Shown here in pieces: positions 8,002 to 16,973 of a DNA stretch of 64,000 nt. The translations under genes were made by a program, and so were the position numbers. The DNA comes from Candidatus Aminicenantes bacterium UBA647. GTDB taxonomy: Bacteria; Acidobacteriota; Aminicenantia; UBA2199. The stretch spans positions 1,310-65,309 of the forward strand of contig DBOL01000107.1 of the NCBI GenBank assembly GCA_002299555.1, written 5' to 3'. The first letter of the stretch is position 1. Each line of letters begins with the position of its first letter. Below the pieces are notes generated by a model. The model saw only the letters and a program-made list of their open reading frames with translations, made no database searches and had not been told where the DNA came from.

Positions 8002-10683
8002 ATGAAACGAATAACTATCATTACAACAATGCTGTTGATCTTGTCAATTTGCCCGATCATGGAGTTTCCCGGGGAAAGCCCATCAAACAGAGAAGAACTT
8101 TTTAAAGAGTTCACATTCAGGAATCTCGGCCCTTTTCGTGCCGGATCATGGATATCGGATATTGCAGTGCCGATAAATCCCAAAAAAGAGGACAGGTTTA
8201 CCTTCTATGTTGCTGCCAGGAATGGCGGTGTTTGGAAAACAGTGAATAAAGGTACAACCTTCTTCCCTATCTTCGATAACTATGGAGTTAATTCGATCGG
8301 CTCTGTCGAAGTGGCGCCCTCGAACAGCAGTATAGTCTGGGTTGGAACCGGTGATGATTCCAATGCAAGATCTGCATATTATGGTAATGGTATATATAAA
8401 TCCATCGATGGGGGTATAACCTTTACCAATATGGGTTTGAAAGAATCACATCACATCGGGAAAATAATCATACACCCGGAAGATCCGGATATCGTCTACG
8501 TTGCTGTTATGGGTCATCTTTTCTCATTTAATGAAGAGAGAGGCGTATTTAAGACGATCGACGGCGGGAAGTCCTGGACAAAGATCCTGTATATAGATGA
8601 CAGAACAGGTGCCGCTGATATTTGTATGAACTCAAAAGATCCCGACACTCTGTTTGCTGCATCTTACAACATGCAAAGGTACCCCTGGCATTTCGAAGCA
8701 GGTGGAGAAAACAGCAGAATATACAGAACCGGAGATGGCGGAAAGAACTGGAAAAAACTTGAGTCAGGCCTCCCCGTTGGAAAACTTGGACGGATAGGTA
8801 TCGATATCTGCCGTGCTGTCCCTGACACAATTTATGCAGTTATTCAGAATTTGAATCCAAAGCCGGATTTGAATAAAAATTCAAAAAAAAAGTTTGATGC
8901 TTTTACCGATCACTCATATGATGAACTCATCGGCGGAGAGGTTTACCGTTCGGATGACAATGGGGATAATTGGAGAAAAGTAAGCCTCCCGGGCATAGAT
9001 GTGAGCGGAAAAGCTGCTTACTCTTTTAATGAGATCACAGTCGATCCTGAAGATCCGGAAAAGGTCTATATAATAGCCGTACAGATGCTCTATTCCAAAG
9101 ATGGTGGAAAGAACTGGCCGGGATGGAAAAACTGGAGGGAGAGGAAACTCTTCAGAAAAAATTTCGGGGATGTGAGGACATTCTGGATAGATCCTGAAGA
9201 TCCGGATCATATGATGCTGGGAAGTGATGGAGGCTTATATTCTTCATGGGACGGAGGGAAAACAACTTTCCATTATTACAACATACCGCTGGGTGAGATC
9301 TACGATGTCGAGACTGATAATAGCGAGCCTTATAATATTTATGCAGGCCTTCAGGACCATGAGACATGGAAAAGTCCTGTAAATGGATGGTCAGGATCTA
9401 TAGGATTGGAAGACTGGGTTATCACAGGAATGTGGGACGGGATGTATACTTCAGTAGATCCGGAAGATAACAGATGGCTCTATTTTACAACCCAGTTCGG
9501 CAAGCATCACAGAGTAGACCAGCTGAGAGGTGAAAGATCTGAGATCACCCCGGTGAATATAAAGGAAAGGCCTCCATACAGATACACATGGACAACGCCT
9601 GTCGTCCTGTCTCCTCACGACAGCAAAGTAGTTTATACGGGAGGGCAGATGCTCCTTCGATCAATGAACAGAGGACAAACATGGGAAGAGATAAGTCCGG
9701 ATCTTACGGATAACGATCCGGTTAAGATCGCAGGAAAAGGGCATATCATGTATTGCACGATCACGACAATATCCGAGTCCCCTTTGAAGAGAGGAATTAT
9801 CTGGGTTGGAACAGATGACGGGAAAGTACAAATGACATCAAGCAACGGCCTGATCTGGAAAGACAGAACACCTGAACTTAAAAAGGCCGGAGCACCCGGA
9901 AATAAATGGGTGAGCAGGATCTTTTCATCAAATCACGATCCATATTCTTCATATGTAACTTTTTCAGGGTATAGAGAAGATGATTTTAAAACATATATCT
10001 ACAAAACAGATAATCTTGGCAAATCCTGGACAGATATAAGTGGAGATATGCCCGACTCTCCGGTTTCTTTAGTTATTGAGGACAAAGATAATGGATCTTT
10101 ATTATTTGCAGGAACTGATTCCGGGATCTATTTCTCATTTAATGGAGGGATGAACTGGACAAAACTAAGGAACAATATGCCTCCTGTACCGGTAAGGGAC
10201 ATCCTTATCCAGGAACCGACCGGAGATCTTGTGGCCGGAACTTACGGAAGAGGAGTATGGATAACAAACATAGCACCGTTAAAAGAACTATCCGGAAAGA
10301 TCTTAAAAAAAGATATTCATCTTTTCAAAATAAGATCGAGGCCGGTGATGATATCTTCACAGAGAGCCTGGTGGGGGAACTATCACATGACGGGCGATGC
10401 CCATCTCAGAACAGAAAATGAGAAACCGGGATTAAACATCTATTATTACCTTGGAAGAAATTATTTTTACCCCCCGGAAATGATCGTTTCTGACCCGGAT
10501 GGAAGAGAATTACAAAAGATCAAACTAAAAACTTTAAAAGGGATATATAAACTCAATTGGAACTCCCCGGACAAAAAGCCAGGGAAATTCAATTTCACAA
10601 TTACTTCAGGTAAGGAAAAAACAACAAGATCAGGGGTTCTTAAGCCTTCAATTCTATGGCCTGTTAAAGAGATCCACAAGTAG
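8002..10683 (+). CDS. Exported BNR/Asp-box (sortilin/VPS10-like) beta-propeller repeat protein
   Basis: ORF 7957..10683; likely start is ATG 8002 (MKRITIITTMLLILSICP signal peptide) after GGGAGGA. Repeated Asp-box motifs: SIDGGITF, TIDGGKSW, TGDGGKNW, SDDNGDNW, SKDGGKNW, SWDGGKT, SMNRGQTW, TDNLGKSW, SFNGGMNW. Confidence 0.8.
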   Translation: MKRITIITTMLLILSICPIMEFPGESPSNREELFKEFTFRNLGPFRAGSWISDIAVPINPKKEDRFTFYVAARNGGVWKTVNKGTTFFPIFDNYGVNSIGSVEVAPSNSSIVWVGTGDDSNARSAYYGNGIYKSIDGGITFTNMGLKESHHIGKIIIHPEDPDIVYVAVMGHLFSFNEERGVFKTIDGGKSWTKILYIDDRTGAADICMNSKDPDTLFAASYNMQRYPWHFEAGGENSRIYRTGDGGKNWKKLESGLPVGKLGRIGIDICRAVPDTIYAVIQNLNPKPDLNKNSKKKFDAFTDHSYDELIGGEVYRSDDNGDNWRKVSLPGIDVSGKAAYSFNEITVDPEDPEKVYIIAVQMLYSKDGGKNWPGWKNWRERKLFRKNFGDVRTFWIDPEDPDHMMLGSDGGLYSSWDGGKTTFHYYNIPLGEIYDVETDNSEPYNIYAGLQDHETWKSPVNGWSGSIGLEDWVITGMWDGMYTSVDPEDNRWLYFTTQFGKHHRVDQLRGERSEITPVNIKERPPYRYTWTTPVVLSPHDSKVVYTGGQMLLRSMNRGQTWEEISPDLTDNDPVKIAGKGHIMYCTITTISESPLKRGIIWVGTDDGKVQMTSSNGLIWKDRTPELKKAGAPGNKWVSRIFSSNHDPYSSYVTFSGYREDDFKTYIYKTDNLGKSWTDISGDMPDSPVSLVIEDKDNGSLLFAGTDSGIYFSFNGGMNWTKLRNNMPPVPVRDILIQEPTGDLVAGTYGRGVWITNIAPLKELSGKILKKDIHLFKIRSRPVMISSQRAWWGNYHMTGDAHLRTENEKPGLNIYYYLGRNYFYPPEMIVSDPDGRELQKIKLKTLKGIYKLNWNSPDKKPGKFNFTITSGKEKTTRSGVLKPSILWPVKEIHK

Positions 10684-10826
10684 AACTAATACTATTTACT
10701 GAAAAACCGGGGCTATATCCTCCGTATATTTTAATTGTCAAAGATTAAGATAAAATTTTTATTCTTAATACATTCCATTGAAACCGGAATTTCTATTTGG
10801 TATTTTTTAAAGTTAACGGAGGAACA

Positions 10827-13800
10827 ATGAAAATATCCAGATCGTATATCGTATTTTTAAGCATGGTTATTGCAATATTTATTTCCATCCCATCATTCGG
10901 AAGTGAAACTTCCGAACCCGGGCACATCTTCAGATATCCGGACATCCATAAAGATACAATTGTTTTTACTTATGGAGGAGATATCTGGAAGGGAAAAACT
11001 ACCGGTGGCCCTGCAGAAAGGCTGACAATTAATGATGGAGAGGAGAAGTCCCCGAAAATATCAAATGATGGAAAAATGATCGCTTTCTCCGGTCAATACG
11101 ACGGAAATACTGATATTTATACGATGAACATGTTTGGAGGAGAGATAACGAGGGTAACTTATCATCCGGGTTCTGATTCAGTTAAGGGATGGGATCCGGT
11201 AAAGAATAAGATCATTTTTTCATCCACTCGTAATAGCTATGGAAGATATACTAATCTTTATCTGATAAATCCGGATGGAACTGACCTTGAAAAATTGATA
11301 ATGCATGAAGCTGCATGGGGAAGCTTTTCCTCCGACGGATCTAAAATAGCTTACAATAAGGTCGCAAGAGAACATAGAACCTGGAAGCGATATAAAGGCG
11401 GACTGGCTCAGGATATTTTTATATATGATCTTAGAGCAAATGTCGAAAAGAGGATAACAGAGTTCAGAGGAACAGACAGATCTCCGATCTGGATGGGAAA
11501 CGAGATATATTTCACTTCAGATAGAAGCGGCACTCTTAATCTTTATTCGTACAATACTGAAACCGGAAAAATAATCCGGAAAACTTCACATAAAAAATTT
11601 GATGTCAGAAGAGCCTCCTCCGATCAGGGGCAGATCATCTATGAATATGGGGGAACCCTTAAAATATATGATACGGTTAGAAACATCTCTTTCGATCCCG
11701 GTATAAAAATCCTTGCAGATGCACCTGAATCAAGACCGTACATCAAGAATGTAAAAAACTTCATAACCGGTTTTGATTGCTCACCTTCGGGAAAACGTGC
11801 TCTCATTACAGCAAGAGGTGAAATATTCACAGTGCCTGAGAAAGAGGGACCTACAAGAAATATCTCTTCCGATTGCGGATCAAATGATAAAGACGGGATC
11901 TGGTCACCCGACGGGAAGAAGATAGCATTTATTTCTGACAGGTCCGGGGAACACGAGTTGTATCTTGTTGATTCGCTGGGAAACAACAAACCTACAAAAC
12001 TCACTGAGAATAAGGATGGATACAGGCAGAACCTGTTGTGGTCACCTGATGGAAAGATGCTCATATATGCAGATCAGACACTCGCATTTTACATTATTGA
12101 TATATCTACAAAAAAAGTAACAAAAGTAGACAAAGCAAATTATGAGAATGTTGATATAGATCTAAAAAACAAACCGATCTATGATTATTCATGGTCTCCT
12201 GACAGCAGGTTCATTGCCTATTCTAAGATGGATTCTGATCTTGTCACAAAGATATATATCTACTCCCTTAAAGATGATATGATCAAATGTGTTTCAAACG
12301 GCACTTTCAATGATTTTCAACCGGTTTTCTCAAAAGATGGTAAGCATTTGATCTTTGTCTCCCACAGATATTTCAAACCTGTTTACGGAGATTTTGACTG
12401 GGAGATGGTCTACAAAAACTCATCGGAACTATATTCTGTCTCACTCACCAAAAATGCCCCCCCTCTCCTCCCTTTCATAAGTGATGAGTCCGGCGAAACA
12501 AAACAAGAAAAAAAAACCACATCAAAAATAATTACAAAAATAGACTTTGACAGGATTTCAGAAAGGATTGAGAAATTACCTCTTCCCCCATCCAATTACA
12601 GACATCTTGCTGTAAACTCTGATAATATTTTTTACTTAAATTCTGATAAGGGTGACTATAACAGATTCCAGTACAGGAGCCTTGGCCCCAGGGACCTTTG
12701 TGCATTCTCCCTGAAAACAAGAAAAGAGAAGATCCTTATTAAAGGAGTTAGTGGCTATAAATTATCTTCAAAAGGGACTCATCTCATTTTTAAAAAAGGG
12801 AGATCTATAGGGATAATCAAAGCATCGAAACCGGAAAAAGAAAAAGTGCTTAACCTAAGCAAACTTAAGATGAAGATCGATCCGAAAAGGGAGTGGAAGC
12901 AGTTATACAACGAAACATGGAGACTTGAAAGAGATTTCTACTATGACCCGGCAATGAAAGGAAATGACTGGAAAGAGATAGGAAATAAATATGGAGAACT
13001 CCTCAAATCTGCTTCATACAGGGGAGATGTCGGCTACCTTATCGGTGAAATGATTGGGGAACTTAACACTTCCCACACCTATGTGTTCGGTGGCGATAAA
13101 AAAAGGAGAGCTGACAGAACAGGGACCGGGATGCTCGGTGTTGACTGGGATATAGATGAGAAGAACGGTTTATACAGATTCGGGAAGATCTACAAAACTC
13201 CTGACTGGACAAGAAATGTTATACCTCCTTTAACAGGTCCCGGGAAAAATGTTGAAGAGGGAGATTACCTTCTTAAAATTAACGGGAAAGAGGTCAGTGC
13301 CAAACAGAACATCTATATGTATTTCGAGGATAAAGCTAATGAAGTGATCACGATAACAACAAACTCAAAACCGATATTAACAGGATCAAAACAGATAAAA
13401 GTAAAAACTATTAACAGTGAAAATGTCCTTCGCTATCAGGATTGGGTTGAACAAAACAGAAAAAAAGTTGAAAAAGCGTCCGGCGGAAAAATAGGGTATA
13501 TACATTTCCCTGACACTTTTAACGGTACCGCCAGGGAATTCCCGAAATATTTTCTTTCACAGCTTACGAAAAAGGGATTGGTCATAGATGGTAGATATAA
13601 TGGAGGAGGGCTTGACCCGAGTATCTTCCTCAGAAGACTTAACAGAAAGATCCATTCTTATTGGACAAGAAGATATTCTGCAGATCAGATCAGCCCTCCG
13701 AATGCAATAAATGCACACATGGTTCTTCTTACGAACAAACAGGCCGGGTCGGGTGGAGATGAGCTTCCATTTGTATTCCAAACTCTGAAGATGGGGCCGG

Positions 13801-14090
13801 TGATCGGAACCAGAACCTGGGGGGGACTGGTAGGAGTATCCATGTTCATGAAATTAATGGATGGTGGGGGGATTACGGCACCTGACTACAGAATTTATGA
13901 TACTAAAGGAAGATGGATAATTGAGAATTATGGCGTTGATCCGGATATCCCGATAGATAACGATGCACTAAAAATGTCCAGAGGGATCGATTCCCAACTG
14001 GAAACCGGGATCGAATATATTTTAAAGAAACTGAAGAAAGAACCGATCGAAAAGCCTGATCACAAAGCATTTATTATTGAAAAAAGATAA
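10827..14090 (+). CDS. Tricorn-protease-like S41 peptidase (beta-propellers + PDZ + S41 catalytic domain), exported
   Basis: ORF 10797..14090; likely start is ATG 10827 after AACGGAGGA. N-terminus is MKISRSYIVFLSMVIAIF followed by FRYPDIHKDTIVFTYGGDIWK, the typical tricorn N-terminus. TolB-like WSPDG repeats are present. The C-terminal S41 block is IDGRYNGGG...TNKQAGSGGDELP. Confidence 0.85.
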   Translation: MKISRSYIVFLSMVIAIFISIPSFGSETSEPGHIFRYPDIHKDTIVFTYGGDIWKGKTTGGPAERLTINDGEEKSPKISNDGKMIAFSGQYDGNTDIYTMNMFGGEITRVTYHPGSDSVKGWDPVKNKIIFSSTRNSYGRYTNLYLINPDGTDLEKLIMHEAAWGSFSSDGSKIAYNKVAREHRTWKRYKGGLAQDIFIYDLRANVEKRITEFRGTDRSPIWMGNEIYFTSDRSGTLNLYSYNTETGKIIRKTSHKKFDVRRASSDQGQIIYEYGGTLKIYDTVRNISFDPGIKILADAPESRPYIKNVKNFITGFDCSPSGKRALITARGEIFTVPEKEGPTRNISSDCGSNDKDGIWSPDGKKIAFISDRSGEHELYLVDSLGNNKPTKLTENKDGYRQNLLWSPDGKMLIYADQTLAFYIIDISTKKVTKVDKANYENVDIDLKNKPIYDYSWSPDSRFIAYSKMDSDLVTKIYIYSLKDDMIKCVSNGTFNDFQPVFSKDGKHLIFVSHRYFKPVYGDFDWEMVYKNSSELYSVSLTKNAPPLLPFISDESGETKQEKKTTSKIITKIDFDRISERIEKLPLPPSNYRHLAVNSDNIFYLNSDKGDYNRFQYRSLGPRDLCAFSLKTRKEKILIKGVSGYKLSSKGTHLIFKKGRSIGIIKASKPEKEKVLNLSKLKMKIDPKREWKQLYNETWRLERDFYYDPAMKGNDWKEIGNKYGELLKSASYRGDVGYLIGEMIGELNTSHTYVFGGDKKRRADRTGTGMLGVDWDIDEKNGLYRFGKIYKTPDWTRNVIPPLTGPGKNVEEGDYLLKINGKEVSAKQNIYMYFEDKANEVITITTNSKPILTGSKQIKVKTINSENVLRYQDWVEQNRKKVEKASGGKIGYIHFPDTFNGTAREFPKYFLSQLTKKGLVIDGRYNGGGLDPSIFLRRLNRKIHSYWTRRYSADQISPPNAINAHMVLLTNKQAGSGGDELPFVFQTLKMGPVIGTRTWGGLVGVSMFMKLMDGGGITAPDYRIYDTKGRWIIENYGVDPDIPIDNDALKMSRGIDSQLETGIEYILKKLKKEPIEKPDHKAFIIEKR

Positions 14091-14099
14091 TTTAACAGG

Positions 14100-14120
14100 C
14101 AGGGGAACCCCGTTCCCCTG
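14100..14120. terminator. Hairpin between convergent genes (putative bidirectional intrinsic terminator)
   Basis: CAGGGGAAC-ccc-GTTCCCCTG is a perfect 9-bp GC-rich stem. It lies 10 nt after the tricorn-like stop and 27 nt before the SDR stop. T-rich sequence (cattatttat) follows on the + strand. Confidence 0.55.
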
Positions 14121-14146
14121 CATTATTTATATGATTTTAAATAGAT

Positions 14147-14983
14147 CTATAATTTTTTCTTCTCAACTTTCAGAACGGTCTGCGCCAGATACCATCTTAA
14201 AAGAGGCCCGAATACTTTAGATGCAAAGTTTGTCATCTTTCCTGAAAATGTGGGAATTACCTGAAACTTATTTTTTTGTATCCCTTTGATCAAGCACTTT
14301 GCAACATAATTCGCGGAAACAGGTTTTATTGCACCGGCAATTGCTTTGGTTGCATCAGGTTTGAACTTATTTTCATAAGCCAGTTGAGGTGTATCCGTGT
14401 CAGGAGGGAAGATAACAGTGACAGGGATATCATATGGTTTTAACTCCTGAAGCAGCACTTCACCAAAACCCCTCACTCCGAATTTCGCAGCCCCGTATGC
14501 CGAATATCCGTATACACCCAACAATCCTGCAACAGAACTGATCAATGCTATATGAGAACCCCCTCCCCTCTTTATCATTCCGGGCAAAACAGCTCTGCAC
14601 GCATAAATAGTACCCATCAGATCAATATCTATGGTTCTTTTAATAATGTCAAGATCCATTTCAAAAAATGCTCCCGGGTGAGCAATACCTGCCGAAGTTA
14701 TAAGAAGGTCAACCGGGTTCCCCCTTTCCTCCATATCTTCAACAGCTCGTATAATTGACCCGAAATCAGTAACATCACCTTCATTCGCTTCACAACTTAC
14801 ACTCTTCTCCTCAGCTAATACTTTCAGCTTTTCTAATGCAATCTTTATCGCTTCCGGATTACAGTCAAAGATAGTAATATTAGCTCCTTTACGGATTAAT
14901 TCTTCCGCAGTTGCAAGTCCGATACCGCTGGCTCCACCTGTAATAAGAACATTTTTTCCTGAAAAATCATGCATCTGATTCAC
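14147..14983 (-). CDS. SDR family NAD(P)-dependent oxidoreductase
   Basis: 278 aa. Cofactor motif ITGGASGIGLA, catalytic YSAYGAAK (YxxxK), and NAG-like SAGIA. Confidence 0.85.
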   Translation of the reverse strand: MNQMHDFSGKNVLITGGASGIGLATAEELIRKGANITIFDCNPEAIKIALEKLKVLAEEKSVSCEANEGDVTDFGSIIRAVEDMEERGNPVDLLITSAGIAHPGAFFEMDLDIIKRTIDIDLMGTIYACRAVLPGMIKRGGGSHIALISSVAGLLGVYGYSAYGAAKFGVRGFGEVLLQELKPYDIPVTVIFPPDTDTPQLAYENKFKPDATKAIAGAIKPVSANYVAKCLIKGIQKNKFQVIPTFSGKMTNFASKVFGPLLRWYLAQTVLKVEKKKL

Positions 14984-15038
14984 CTCCCGTCAATCTGCAT
15001 TTACCATAAATGCTTATTGTTACAAACTTTGTATTAAA

Positions 15039-15551
15039 CTAAACATATTTATTATGCTTCTCTTCTGAACGGGCCATGACGAATAAAAGATCGGATAACC
15101 TGTTTGCAAATTTCATTAAAAACTCATTGATTTTTTCCTCTTTTGAAAGTGATATTATTCTCCGCTCCCCTCTCCGGGATACAGATCTGCAAATATCAAT
15201 TTTCGCGGATCCCGGACTATTCCCGGGAATTACAAATCCTTTCAGGTTCATCATTTTTTCTATATTTTTCAGATCTTCCGTCAATCTATCTACATCATTG
15301 CTATTCACAGGATCCTTTACCATGCCTGAAGTTGAAGCCAGCTCCGCACAAACTCTGAAAAGATCTTTTTGAATACCCTCAATCATTTCAAAAGACCCCT
15401 TCGTCTTCACAAAATGTTTAGCATCACCGAGAAAGGAATTTAGTTCATCCATAGTTCCATATGCTTCAACTCTTATATTATCTTTGCTTACTCTCTCTCC
15501 GGAGAACAGAGAGGTCATCCCCTTATCTCCTGTTTTCGTTGCTATGCTCAA
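15039..15551 (-). CDS. PduO-type ATP:cob(I)alamin adenosyltransferase
   Basis: 170 aa. TKTGDKGMTSLFSGERVSKDNIRVEAYGTMDELNSFLG is the hallmark N-terminus of the PduO/MMAB family. Confidence 0.85.
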   Translation of the reverse strand: MSIATKTGDKGMTSLFSGERVSKDNIRVEAYGTMDELNSFLGDAKHFVKTKGSFEMIEGIQKDLFRVCAELASTSGMVKDPVNSNDVDRLTEDLKNIEKMMNLKGFVIPGNSPGSAKIDICRSVSRRGERRIISLSKEEKINEFLMKFANRLSDLLFVMARSEEKHNKYV

Positions 15552-15569
15552 TTAAGTCTCCCTTCTTAA

Positions 15570-15896
15570 TTATTTAATTAAGATACTATCCTCTATTTTA
15601 TAATTATCTACAAGATCGATCACACTTATCTTTATCTTCAAACCTCTCTGTCTCTTTACGGGAAACGGGATTTTCAGTTGAAGGTCTTTTACCGGCGATC
15701 TTAGAGTGTTTTCCTTCTGATAAAGTAAATCACCTGCCTTTGAAAAAATTTCAAGTTTAACCTTTAACAACCCTACACCCTGTATTATAACCGGAAGGGA
15801 TATTACCCTGTTTTTCTCCTGCCCGAACTGGAGGAAATTCAGGAACAAAAAAATCAGAAGAAATAATTGGGTAAACCTTCTGGTTATAGCTGTCAT
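15570..15896 (-). CDS. Hypothetical small exported protein
   Basis: 108 aa with a hydrophobic N-terminal signal-like segment (LFLLIFLFLNFLQF). It lies 18 nt upstream of, and co-oriented with, the adenosyltransferase gene. No motif recognised. Confidence 0.4.
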   Translation of the reverse strand: MTAITRRFTQLFLLIFLFLNFLQFGQEKNRVISLPVIIQGVGLLKVKLEIFSKAGDLLYQKENTLRSPVKDLQLKIPFPVKRQRGLKIKISVIDLVDNYKIEDSILIK

Positions 15897-16042
15897 AAAA
15901 AAAATTTACTTTAAAGTTGAAAAAAAATCAAATGTATCACTTGTAAGAAAAAAAAAATTTCCTTAATATACTTTGAGAGAGAAAAAATCAAAGGAGGGTC
16001 CGGGGTTTCAATATTTGCAATCATACCCCTTATGATCGACCA

Positions 16043-16429
16043 ATGAATAGTGACAGAATAGTCAGGTTGAATGAATTGTTAACAGCATTAAGATCAGAGG
16101 TCCCCGGAACACGAGCATCTTTCATTGTTACTATTGATGGATTTATGATCGCATCAGATCATGGCGCAGATATTGATCAATATGAGATCGGGAAACTTAT
16201 CTCATCTATGGAACAAAAGGGGGAGGATTTTGCAGAGAATATTCTTAAATCTCCAGGGACGAGATTTTCGATATGGTCTGAAAAAGGTGACATTCAATTG
16301 TTTCCATTGGCGAATTCATCAATTCTATTTGTCCTTTCTGATTCTGACTCAAGACCAGGTTTGCTACAATTGAGAGTTGCAAAAATGATAGAAATAATTG
16401 ATCTAGTTATAAATAATGAGGAGATATAG
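16043..16429 (+). CDS. Roadblock/LC7 (MglB-like) domain protein
   Basis: 128 aa. LNELLTALRSEVPGTRASFIVTIDGFMIASDH fits the Roadblock/LC7 N-terminal pattern. Confidence 0.65.
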   Translation: MNSDRIVRLNELLTALRSEVPGTRASFIVTIDGFMIASDHGADIDQYEIGKLISSMEQKGEDFAENILKSPGTRFSIWSEKGDIQLFPLANSSILFVLSDSDSRPGLLQLRVAKMIEIIDLVINNEEI

Positions 16430-16961
16430 AAAAAAATATCTTATGGACAACTTAAACAAAAATAAAGGCAAAAACTATTGTTTTCAACTTTCGGAATATC
16501 TCCAGGTGGCATGCAATGGGATGCACTCAGTGAAACTGAACATTACAGAAAATGATATATTGACAGGAAATATTACCATTGAAAATGGCGTTCTTCTTAA
16601 TGCTACAGATAATGAGGGTGAAGGAGAAGATGCTTTCAAAAGATTAGTGCTAAATAAAAATATTGAAATAGAGATGAAACAATTGGCCCGGGATGATAAG
16701 AAGAAGATCATCAGTTCTAAATGTGAGGAATTGATATTCCGGATATTCACGACAAAAGATAAGGAAAAAGCCATCCTCGAACTATCAAAAAAAGCGAAAA
16801 TGGAATTATCTCCTCTTGATATAAAAAAAAATGAAGGGCTTAACCTTCTGCTGGAGAAGGACTACAAAAAAGCACACCCGATTTTCAAGGAGATAGAAAA
16901 AGAATTCCCGGAGGACAAACATGTCCGGTCTATTCTTAAAAGATTGGATGAACTACTCTGA
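16416..16961 (+). CDS. DUF4388-like (PATAN-type) domain protein with helical C-terminal tail
   Basis: LSEYLQVACNGMHSVKLNITENDILTGNITIENGVLLNATDNEGEGEDAFKRLV resembles the DUF4388 pattern. It overlaps the Roadblock gene by 14 nt; an alternative ATG lies at 16443. Confidence 0.45.
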   Translation: MRRYRKKYLMDNLNKNKGKNYCFQLSEYLQVACNGMHSVKLNITENDILTGNITIENGVLLNATDNEGEGEDAFKRLVLNKNIEIEMKQLARDDKKKIISSKCEELIFRIFTTKDKEKAILELSKKAKMELSPLDIKKNEGLNLLLEKDYKKAHPIFKEIEKEFPEDKHVRSILKRLDELL

Positions 16962-16973
16962 ACAACCTCCAGG

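Noticed and set aside
16002-16019. Sigma-54-like motif GGGGTTTCAATATTTGCA upstream of the Roadblock gene
   Set aside because: The GG-to-GC spacing is one nucleotide too long and the -24 element lacks the TGGCAC context. Sigma-54 promoters do not tolerate spacing changes.
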